The position numbers and the translations under genes were made by a program. Shown here one piece after another: positions 25,139-35,166 of a stretch of 41,940 nt of DNA. The stretch comes from Cercozoa sp. M6MM (Eukaryota > Protista > Endomyxa: Ascetosporea), in assembly GCA_040357565.1 (NCBI GenBank), contig JBDODJ010000097.1; one strand, 5' to 3'. Within the stretch, counting starts at the first letter, position 1; every line of letters begins with the position of its first letter. The notes beneath the pieces are model-generated. The model ran no database searches. It was given only the letters and a program-made list of their open reading frames with translations, and was not told the DNA's origin.

Positions 25139-25285
25139 ACGAACTCAATCGATAGCACTTCAATCGACACGGACGAAACCAATGCAGCGGTATTGGACAA
25201 AATAATACAGACATTGGCTTTAAGTCACGATGCAAACATCCTCTGCTTGTTGTAGGTGCATGCAGGACAACTGAGAATCGGCTAA
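10134..25285 (+). CDS. Giant HERC-like HECT E3 ubiquitin ligase (roughly 4,600-4,800 aa): myristoylation motif, RanBP2 zinc finger, SPRY x2, discoidin/F5-8C-like x3, RCC1 repeats, LamG-like, UBA-like, HECT
   Basis: Long ORFs joined by short GT-AG introns. Motifs: MGASAS start; WMCYHCTYIN..CQVC (~13875); SPRY (~14250-14650, ~22500-22970); NP..VxVTSS..PxxYxLR..SWxxEAS (~16250, ~21240, ~21800); RCC1 repeats VYTWGKGDSGALG, VWTWGRNSSYQLG, LFAWGANGSGQLG (~16780-17870); ALM|GF UBA-like. HECT: FVGEFGDDQGGLYR, FEFLGKLMGLAIR, FLRFVWGRSRLP, catalytic LPVAHTCF, ending YAITHC|TSIDTD..QLRIG*. Confidence 0.93.
24910..25133. repeat. Intronic (AC)n microsatellite spanning a 100-N gap (24982-25081)
   Basis: AC runs flank the N block, in an intron near the 3' end of the HECT gene. 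Confidence 0.95.
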
Positions 25286-25584
25286 CTTCGACGTCCTTTC
25301 ACCGCTACTTTAAAAATCAATGAACAACCAGTGTTAGTAATACTGGTACTAGCCTGAGGTGTTTAAACACTACATGATTCAGTTGTCAGCGTCGTCAATT
25401 TCCGAGAGACAATACAAATACAAGACCAGCCAGAGATATTGATACCACGTTTTTCTGTTTGTGTGTGTCACTGACAGCAGCTTTTATCCGCGCGAATCAC
25501 CCGGATTTGACCCGGATCACTGCGTGTTTTGTTTGTGCTGCACCAAGAGTGTTTCAGAGCAAGTACGGGGCCTAAAACGCAGCA

Positions 25585-26608
25585 ATGCCTAGTAGAAGCA
25601 ACCTTACCGCCCAACCTGTGGTCAGGGGCGAAACTGGAAGCTGCGAAACTGAAACTCCTCTCACAATCACAACCGAGCAGCTTAACGAGGTAATGCTTTA
25701 AGTTAGGGAGCCATGGACACGAGTAGTTTACAGGATGTGATAGGCTTTTAAATGGCTTGCCAGTTCGGGTACTAAAAAAGGCGCATCTTCAAAGTGGCTC
25801 ACGGTGAGTTCAGCAACGTAAAATACGATCCAGGTAGAAATTAAAATTTACTACCCACTGAACCAATGCTTCGTGTAAAAAAAAACTGATGCAATTAGGT
25901 TCCTCAACTGTAAGTTGGTTGTAATTCCCTATGGACATACAATACTTCCTGGGGACCCCAAAGTCTGGATAAATGTTATCATTCACAGAGAAAAGCGACT
26001 CCAAATTTTCTTTTCGAACCCCCTGCTCGCTCGTCGTATACCATCTTGACTTGGGGAACAATTTTCACAGACCAACGATGTGTCATTTTCAGGCGAGGCT
26101 AAGTTCTTGATGGGCAACCAAACACGGCTTAGTGCAGGAGATTTAAAAACCTTGTTTGATGACGAATCCGGCCTAGATGCGTATGACGGTTTGTTTATCC
26201 GAGCTTTGAGCCAATGCCAATATTTAAGAGTGATGTTCGTGTGTCCAACACCCTTTGATTAATTTCCCTGCGAAGATCAACAAAAGCGAAGTCGGCGACA
26301 AAAACCGGAAGACGAAGATACTTTCGATCCTGTCGCGTGTGCATGGAGCGTGATAAACCCAGGGCGGGATGAGTTCTTGACGGAAGAGTCACTGGTAAAG
26401 GGTCCAGATTTAGCTACGTGCATGTGAGGGATGTGCGCAAATGCAGAGCAAGCTTTTCTCAAACATGGGGATCAGCCTCAATGAAGACGACTTCAATGCA
26501 ATCCGAGAACTTGCAGACGTGGATCGAGATGGTTTTATTTCGTATGCCGATTTTGTCAACATGCTCAGCGCACCCGAGACTCCTCCTGTTGGCGCCCGAG
26601 AGAACTAA
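25585..26608 (+). CDS. Calmodulin/centrin-like EF-hand protein
   Basis: MPSRSNL..ITTEQLNE|AFKWLAS..|..GEAKFLMG..|..FDPVACAWSVINPGRDEFLTEESL|SKLFSNMG..IRELADVDRDGFISYADFVNML..REN*. The C-terminal EF loop DVDRDGFISYAD is near-canonical. Confidence 0.8.
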
Positions 26609-26764
26609 CGTCGAAGGAATGACCAAATGGACTGACATAGCAATCGAAATGAAGTAATAACACCTGCAAGGTGTTGTTGTGACTTGAAACTCGGTTCACT
26701 ACGACGTATACTTGGCTAATGGATTTGAACACAGTGAACACTAAGAAATAAGTACGTGTATGTT

Positions 26765-28111
26765 CTATCGTGCCTTGAGTTCTTCATCAGTTGTGTCATC
26801 GCTATCGGTGTCGTCGAATTTAAAGCACAATCGCCGGCCGATGCGTTGCTCTATCGACTCCACGCCGATACCCAAAGACCGAGACGCTGCCCGCTTCGGT
26901 GAGGCTGTTTTCACCCCAATCTTCGGAGGCGCTTCTCCTGAAAGTTCTGCGGAAGCTTTGACAACAGGCTCGATTGTCTTGCGTTGCGTTTGAGTGGCGC
27001 AAAAAGCCACATCCCACTGGCTGGGCATCCTCACAAATGACTCCACTGGATTGCCGCGAATATTACCTTGGGTGAATGGACGAGCATGTAAGAAAGAAGG
27101 AGCAGTGTACTGTACCGTTTGCAGACAGATTGAGTCTTTTAAACTCAGATCCAAGGTCGACTGCTTCGCCTTCCGCGGGCAACTTTTCTTCTCCAAAGCA
27201 GGTCGACTTTAATGCTACAGCAACCGCAAAGGAGGCCGTGGAATGAGATAATTTAAGATTGTACAGGGACTTACTTCTGGTAGCAGCCTCTAACATGAGC
27301 GCATCAATGGCAGCCAAGCTTTTCTTGTAGCTTCGCTCATCAGCCTCGCTCAACTGCAGTGAGGTTCAGTTTAATGTCAACGCCAAACCTACCTACAAAG
27401 ATAATGCACCTACCGTCAGGCACGCCTGCAGTTCGTTGGCACTCATGAGTAGACCAGCACTTTCTACACACAGACCGCAGACGTACTGTTGCAAGACTTT
27501 TCGTATTTTTCCGTCATCAATGGGGTGCTGCTCGACAAAAAGTTGCAAAACTGTTGCTTTCAGGCTGTGCGTAGTACTGTAAGGTGTGCACGTGTCCAGC
27601 CTGATCTAAAGACAAAATTCAGACCCATTTAGTGCCCGACGAGTGTCCCAACTTGCTAGTGCCCAATGTCGCATTTCCCGGATGTGTCAGCCTCTACTGC
27701 CGAAGGACATCGCGGTACCCGTGCGCACATCCATTCAACGTGCCTTTGCCTTACTCAGCTGTGTGTTCAGGCCTAGCTCGGCAACCTGTGGACCACTCGA
27801 GCCACGTGTTGGTGCAGTCTCATGCGCTCAAGACAGGAGAGGATGCGCGCGATGTCGACTTTCTCGGTATTTCGCCTGTGTGACTCGGTTGCCAAACGAA
27901 AATTTGTGCATGTGTGCGTCACATAGAGCTGGCAAAGAAAGCACACGCTGCCTCGCGAAAGGAGATCCCGGCCAGTGACCCGTAACAATAGCCTTGTGCC
28001 CTTTGAGCAGTGCGACACCTCGTGTCCTTTTGCAGATGGTCGCAATTCGACGCCATCTTCTCGCAGAACTCGCTTCAGTAAGTTTGCACATTGGTGTGCT
28101 TTTGCATCCAA
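26765..28111 (-). CDS. Multi-exon hypothetical protein (start uncertain)
   Basis: GT-AG-bounded exons LKRVLREDGVELRPSAKGHE|..EKVDIARILSCLERMRLHQH|..LKATVLQLFVEQHPIDDGKIRKVLQQ|..LSEADERSYKKSLAAIDALMLEAA..|..GRRLCFKFDDTDSDDTTDEELKAR*. No family recognised. Confidence 0.6.
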
Positions 28112-28267
28112 GGTTTTAGCACTGTAACACCGACTATACGCTGTCTGGCAGGCGAACCGAGACGCCTGTTTCGACGCTGAGTGCGCCAGCGCCTCCCGTG
28201 CGAACCTTCAGTTTCGACAGCGATGACGATGTAGTTTTTCTTCCTCCTCCAGGCTGAGTTTGTTGTG

Positions 28268-29348
28268 ATGCGGTTGCATGTACCATTGCATGTGTGTGTG
28301 TGTGTGTGTGTCTGCTGCACAGACAACGGCCTCTGGCACACAGGAGAACACGCAGGTGTCCACGTCGGCGCTGTCGCGGACCGAGAGCGACGAAACTGAG
28401 GAGTCCCAGTCGAAAGGACGTGACGGCGTGCCTGTGCTTTGTTTTCACGCATGTTTTTGTAGACACACATGTGCAACGTATGTGTGTATGTGTGCACTTT
28501 TTTAAGCTTGCGCGTGTGCAGACCATTTCGCGCGACCGTCGACAGTCGGTGCTCAAGCAGCATGTCACTGAGAACCTCGTATTATCAATTAGTTTTCCTC
28601 CTTTGTGTTGTGTGCTTTCGCGTGACAGGCACTGCTTTTGGTTCAGTTGCCGCTCATGACACACGGGCACGCAATGCTCAAGTACGGTCGGCATGGACAG
28701 GTGTGTTGATCTCAAACACTGGGGTATCATGTGGGGCATTGGCCGTGAGGTGGTCCTTCCGCAGCCGCACTTTCGCTACTTCCAACTGCGTGGCGCCAAC
28801 GAACGCCGCTGGCTGCAATGGTACTCGCCTAACAAGCACCTGTATCAGACCAAGATTCCATTGCCGCACATGATCAAGGTATGTCGACTGTCTCCTGATT
28901 GTTCACTACCTCTGCCACTGTGTCACTTGTCGCAGGTGCTGCACGGACAGCACACGGACGTGTTTCGCAAGAACAAGCCTGTACACTCTTATCTTCTTCG
29001 TGCATGTGTGTATGTGTGCATGTGAATCTACAACAATAGGACCCGGTCCTGGAACCGCTGAGTTTCTCGCTGCTGTACATTGACCCGGAGGACAAAACAC
29101 GCACGCGCACGCTCGATCTCATCGCTCTCAGCTACCGCGAGTACCTCATTTGGTGGGCCTTTTGTGTTTGCACCTTCCCTGTCTCCTGTGTGTAGTGTAT
29201 TTTTATGGTGCTATCATTCGTTGCGATCAGGACCCTTGGTCTGTCGAAACTGATCGAGTGGGAACGCAAGTACGAAAGCGATGAGGCTCCTCCGGGTGGA
29301 CCGCAGAACCTCGAGGCCGATCTGGAAGCCAGCGATGTAGCCTCTCTT

Positions 29349-29412
<64 letters not shown>

Positions 29413-30055
29413 GTTAATAGTACTAGTTCACATGCACACCTGCATAAACACAGAGGCCCGACGTGCCGCACTACTTCTGGAAGTACGACGACGTGCCACA
29501 TGGCAGCGACGAAGTCGAGGACATGCGAAAGGTGTGTTGTTCGGGTTGTTGCTGTTGTTGGCGTTGTGGTGTGTTGACCGCAAACTGCGTGCAGGAGGTC
29601 AAGAAAGCGATCAAGCACTACAACAATGTTGTTCAATTCGCGCGCAATTCACGAGAGACTTCGGTACTGCTCTGTGTGTCTGAGTGTGCTTGCTGGGTGT
29701 AGTCTTGGCACCTCCCGACTGTCCCAGGTGTACGGCATTCTCAACGAGCTCCACGACCGCATCATTGCCGTGCGCAACCGCATCAAGAACGGCGATCTGG
29801 TATGCGCGCATAGTTGCATTTATCTTCTTGAAACCCACGCTGCCAAATGGGTGAGCTGTTGCGTAAACAGGTGGGCAGTCACGAAGAACTCAGGCGCTGT
29901 GCCGCCGAGATGCAGGCTATCGACGAGCGCACTGTTGCCTGTGTCATTGGTATGTTCTTATTTTACACACAAGTGTGTAAAGACTATGCGCTGCATCGTG
30001 ACTCGCATCCTTGCTGGCTGTTGTAGCGCACCAGGAGTTCAATGAGCGCCTTTAG
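28268..30055 (+). CDS. PH-domain protein (PRAF/PLC-like, Mcp5/Num1-type PH) with C-terminal helical region
   Basis: GHAMLKYGRHGQ|PHFRYFQLR..WLQWYSPNK..IPLPHMIK|VLHGQHTDVFRK..LSFSLLY..RTLDLIALSYREYLIW|TLGL. This matches the PRAF-type PH consensus (LLKYGRRGKPxF..L.WYS..GQxT.VF..SFSLIY..SLDLI..W..GL). Ends QEFNERL*. Confidence 0.85.
29345..29410 (+). repeat. Intronic (CT)n microsatellite
   Basis: CT run in an intron of the PH gene. Confidence 0.95.
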
Positions 30056-30285
30056 CAGCTGGCCGACCGCAGCTTCAGTGAATTAGCGACCGACGTCGTT
30101 CGATGGACTCAAATTAGCCGGGTTCTGATCGCAGCCCAGCCAGGCGTACCCCAAAAACGTCCGGCCGTGTACCGGTTCCGTTCGGTCTCGCGATCGCGGC
30201 GGGCAGATCGATTTGCATTCGATTGCAACTGTTTTAAATTCAATTAACGCGACATATCGTATAACTCCGTTGCCAGATGGAGCAC

Positions 30286-32231
30286 TTATTCATATCCTTC
30301 GTCTCCTTCCCACTCTGACGCTTCTTCGCCTGTTTTGCGACGTTTGGTTGGTCTCTGCGAGGATAATAAATTGACTTTAGGATCCAGTTGAGACGCGACT
30401 CACCTCTGCAGCGCTGATCGCTTCGTCCATGAACTCTTGGAACCTGGTCTCGTCGCCGAGTCGAATGGCCAGTGCGCGCAGCATCAAGAACACCTGCTTG
30501 TTCAAGTGCAGCAGCACTCCTGATTCGGCACTTTCGATCACTTTGCACAGAGACTCGTTCTACGGCACAGTACATAATTCGATCACTTTGCACAGAGAAA
30601 GGGACTTCGCATGGAGGAGAGGTAAATCTACCGGCATGTCCGTGCTTAGAACAAAGCGACGCGACTCGGACTGACGCATCGCAGCGTGCAGCGCATCGTA
30701 CAGCAGTCCGAGCAGTGCGTGCACCGGTCGATGAAGTGTCTGGCCTTCTTCTCGCATCGCTTGTGTCAGCAAGTGCCGTATTTCACGCCAACACGCCTCC
30801 AGAAGGTGCATCAGGAAGGCAACATTGTGCCGCGACACATGCAAATGCTTCCGTAGGTCCGCGCGGAAGCAGGAACCTTTTAGAAAGGGATGCGGCGGTG
30901 CCTTGCGTAACTTGGCGCCTTCCTCGGTCATCTCGATGCCGAACACTAAGTGGTACTGCATACATAGCTGTATTATGCACCCAACGTCAGAGACAAAAGG
31001 GAAAGGATGCTAACCAGTGCAATGACACGTGTCTTGATGTCGTCATCGAGAGCAGCGAAGGTGTCCGAGTCGCTGAGGAAGCACTCAAAGTGTCGCAGGA
31101 CCTGTGCAGCCAGGTACTGATCGAGCTGATCGAAGGGGAACGCCTGCTCTGCGTCGCGACTCTGGAGACACAAGGCGTCAAGACTCGGCTTCTGGAGGAT
31201 TCGGTTCAGTGCCGCGATCCAGTCGTCCTTCGGTTCGTCCAGTTTGACAGGCTCATCCGTACCACCAAGCGGAGTTAAAGCCCGTAATATTACGATACGG
31301 AACTCTTCGGTAAAGGCCGGAAAGGCCACCTGCAGCAGCTTAGCGTGCCTCTTCGCGAACGCTTCTGCGAAGTCCTTGATTACTCTCTACACAGAGGGTC
31401 TAAGTGGGAGCACAATCGGGTTAAGTATGTAAAAATTTACTTGCGGAGTCTTAAAGCAGTGCTTGCCGCGTGCCTCTGGCTCGTGAATCGAGAGCAGCCA
31501 CATCAGTGCACGTGTCTCCGGCGGCAGGTCGCACCACGCTGCTGACAGTCCCGTGTCCTCGTGCCACATAGCGTACCCTGTACATTGCAGAACGGTACCG
31601 TCGTACTTTAACACAGAAATATATACAGTAGGACGCACGATCGAGTCGCGAATAGAACAGCGGCACTTGGACGTAGCTGCCGTTTCTCACCCCGAGGCCG
31701 AGCGACGACACGACGGATCGCAGTTGTCCATGCACTGCAAGTATTATTGGCAGTGCCGAAAGGTGTCCGCGCTGCTGCCGCAGTGTCTCCAGAATTGTAC
31801 GCGACAGGTACAACGACGCGTCCGGGCCTGCTCGACCTGTGCGGGGGCCAGTACGGTATCTCACCACATAGTGACAATTGGAGTAACGTACGACAGCCGT
31901 GCACCACCGTGTCGAGATGCCCGACATAGATCAAGAGATCACAATGCCGCGCAAGCTGCTGGCCGTGCTTTCGCACAAAGCTCTCGACGGCCGTGCGACT
32001 GGCCGATTTCATCTTGCGTCGAGCGAAGTCGTCGTCGTCAAAGCCGACGATGTCAAAGTAGTCGGGACCTTCTGAGTCGACATCTTCCGAGTACATGGTC
32101 ATGTGAAACTGCTCCAGACACGTGCACATGAGCTTTGTGAGTGCCTTCAGCAAGGTCGCGCGCTCGTGGCGACTCGAGCCTTCCAGCGTGAGATTCGAAA
32201 TCGCTTGCGGTGACAGCGCGGTTTCTGACAT
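30286..32231 (-). CDS. Hypothetical alpha-helical protein (~550 aa) with C-terminal NLS-like PTKRRK
   Basis: Phase-compatible exons from MSETALSPQAISNL.. through ..KTPQ|RVIKDFAEAF..VAFPAFTEEF..RVIAL|YHLVFG..DMP|NESLCKVIES..AAE|RPTKRRKTGEE..GYE*. Confidence 0.7.
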
Positions 32232-32689
32232 TGCTCAGGGTATTTGCAGTAGACTTCAGTAAAAGAAGCAGTTCACACTCTTTTCGACCAGTCCGAACCC
32301 AGTCCGAACCCCCCACGCTAGCAGTTATTTTCGACTCCTAAGTGAGGCAAGCACAGAAAGCAAAAATCCGGTGCGCTGCAAGCTGAACACGGACAAAGCA
32401 CGCACCGGCAAATTTAAATTTATGACGGTGACAACTTGCGTTGCTGCGTTGTATCCGATCGTCGCGTAGCCTGGCTCTCGTCTGCGCTGAGACGGAAAAC
32501 GAAATTAAATACAACCAAACTGCGCTCTAAAAACTGGTTAAATTGCGCTCTGAGATGACGGTAGAGCTGAGGAGGCATGCCGTGCGCGAACGGATGGACG
32601 CGACGAATCTTAACGTACGTTACCTGCGCCTCGCCAGGCTGACTGCGCTGGACTGCATAAGCGTCCATTCAGTTCAATTGTTCGACGAG

Positions 32690-33536
32690 TTAGACCTGGT
32701 CGGAGTCATTTCGCACGCGGGCGACGTCGTCGTCGAACTTGCGACTGTCGTTCTGTCAGACAAAAAATATACACACACACAGACACACAGACACAGACAC
32801 AGTCGAGCTAGAAATGAGATACCAGTAGAGGAGAATGCTCGGCCAGCGTGTCCTGCTTGCGACGCAGCAGCACAACGAGCAGTGCACCCACAACGCCCAT
32901 GAGGAGAGCACTGCATGCACACGCACACAGGGGTTTCCTTTCGTACACTGCTCCCGCGCGGAAGATTGGGGTACCTGACTGGCGCGAGGATGTACGTGGC
33001 CGTGCGGAAGCCGCGGTTGACGTCGCCCTTGGGCGGGTGGCGGTACGGCCCGTCGTCGTACGGGTCGAGTTCCGGCGTGATGCGCGTGTTCATCTCCTGC
33101 GACAACACAGCAGCCAGTGGGTCGGACTGTTCGCAGGGAACACACAGACACAGACACACAGACACAGACACACAGACACACACACGCGTGGTACAGAGTT
33201 GATGACGTTGGCCAGACGGTAGGCGCCCAGAGCGATGCGCGTGAGCAGCAGATCCTACCGAGTGAAGAGAGTGTAACAGGAGAGTGATGGGGGGATGGAT
33301 AACAGGAGTAGAGGTGATAGGAACAATGAGGGCAACAAAGGGTACCTGCGCATTGCGACGGTACTCGGACTCGAGCGGCAGAGTCTCGCCGTACGCGATG
33401 CAGTCGCCAGGTGACTGGCCGTCCTGACACACACGGTACACGTGCTCCTTGGCGATCTCGAAAGACTCGTTCAGCCACGTGTGCGGGTCCTGTACTCAAC
33501 AGAGAGGTACCTTACCCCTTCCCCATCCTCCTCCTC

Positions 33537-33590
<54 letters not shown>

Positions 33591-34967
33591 GAGGAAAACC
33601 TACCGACACGAGAAGTTCCTCCGGCGAGAATGAACTACGCGGACGCTGCGACTGCACAAAGTCCGTCTTGTCGGAAATGTACCTGCAAGGCAGAAGGTAG
33701 TTGTACTTTGGGATGGGAGAATTGCAAGGCTAAAAGAAAGGAAAGTGTACTGTGCACCCTCGGCAGTGATAAGCTTCTGATAGCCTGTACACAGCAGACA
33801 CGTTTTATGTGAAAAATACGAGATTTCTTTTACACCAAACACAAAATACGCCAGTTGTTGTCGTCAAAGAGACCGGCGGCATTGTCCCAGAAACTGTGCC
33901 AAGTCATTTTAGGCATGAAGGACCGGGATGGGGGGGGGGGGGGGTAAAGTAAAAGCTACGCGTGCAAGTTGCCCACAGCTGGTGAGTACTCGTCCTTCAA
34001 CTTGAACAGGTTACCTCCTACCAGAGGGTAGAATAAACATGGATATATACGGATTTACAGGGAATGATAAGAGGCTACCCAAGTCGCCACCAGGCAGGCG
34101 CTCGTCGTAGCGCGACGTGGCGTGACACGGCTGGTGAGAGTCGCCCGCAACTGCCCAGGGGTAAGGGAAGGGAAGGGTACGGTAGGATACAAGGGAAGGA
34201 AGACACTGGAAGGAAACGCTACTATGCAGGAGCATGCGAAGCGCGAAGGCACGCGAGAAAGCATCGCCTCGACCGTCTGTGCAAAGTTCAGTGTGCACTC
34301 AAACACAGACACAAACACAAGCACAGGCACATGCGCAAGCGAACCCTTGAGCGTGCGGAGGGCTTGCGACATGGCCCAGCCGGCGTTGTCCTAAGCAAGC
34401 GAGTTAGGCACCGGACAGCAAGAACGCGGGACACACAGAGACATCTACCGTGTTGTCCGGCTCAAGTTCCGGCATTAGCGTATCGTCGTCAAAGTCGACA
34501 AAGTGATGCGTCTTCCAGTGCCAGCGTTCCTCGAACTATTTACATGTACGGACTGCTGCAGTAAAAGCACACAAGCACACAGCGCAAGATAGCCAAGCTA
34601 CGGCATTTCCATTGCTCTTGATTTCGTCAGCCCACACGGCCGCAGGACCCGACTTCCACTCGCTTCGCAGGCAAAACACGTCATCAAACAGCGAGTATGG
34701 GATGACCTCCTGGATATGATCGATACCGCTGGTCGGGCTGCGTGCTCCAGAACTGCGCCAGAATGAGATCAACGCGCTCGCGGACTTGGGGCGTCAGATG
34801 GCCTGCGCGCGCGCACACACACACAAGTACCGAGGCTCCGGAGGCAAAGGACCCAGCCCAGGCAAGGTACGGTAGGCCAACTCCGCGACGATCATATGTG
34901 GCTTCTCCCAGAACGCAGCGGTAGGCTGCGCTAGGGCCAGCACCAGCGCCAGAGCACCCACCAGCAT
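32690..34967 (-). CDS. S1/P1-family nuclease (3'-nucleotidase/nuclease) with signal peptide and C-terminal TM helix
   Basis: Signal MLVGALALVLALAQPTAA, then FWEKPHMIVAELA, AAVWADEIK, WHWK, LRMLLH|IAGDSHQPCH, GDLG|GN, NLHA|FWD, WLNESFEIA, RIALGAYRLA. TM segment YILAP|..GVVGALLVVLL followed by RRK; stop at 32690-32692. Confidence 0.9.
33526..33588 (+). repeat. Intronic (CCT)n/(CT)n microsatellite
   Basis: Reads (GA)n on the sense strand of the nuclease gene. Confidence 0.9.
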
Positions 34968-35166
34968 TGCACACGCTTCTTGCAAGGTCCAATAGCGGTG
35001 CCTTTGTCGATAACTCGATCCGCCGCCGTCGATCGCACTCCGACTACCGTTCCGGCTCAAAAAGCGCTTCACCGTCAGACCTACCTATTTACTGGGCTGG
35101 TGTTCAGGGCGTATTAAGACCACTTCTACGGTGAATATTTAGCGGATAAGTTAGCTGAGACGTCTG

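Noticed and set aside
31330-31400. In-frame stop suggesting readthrough or an alternative genetic code
   Set aside because: Using the TGTAG acceptor gives an open frame (RVIKDFAEAF..). All three stop codons terminate genes normally in this window.
910-32310. Recurring GTTCGG hexamer as a promoter motif (910, 8661, 9228, 30180, 32294, 32304)
   Set aside because: A 6-mer is expected about this often by chance, and it also occurs downstream of genes.
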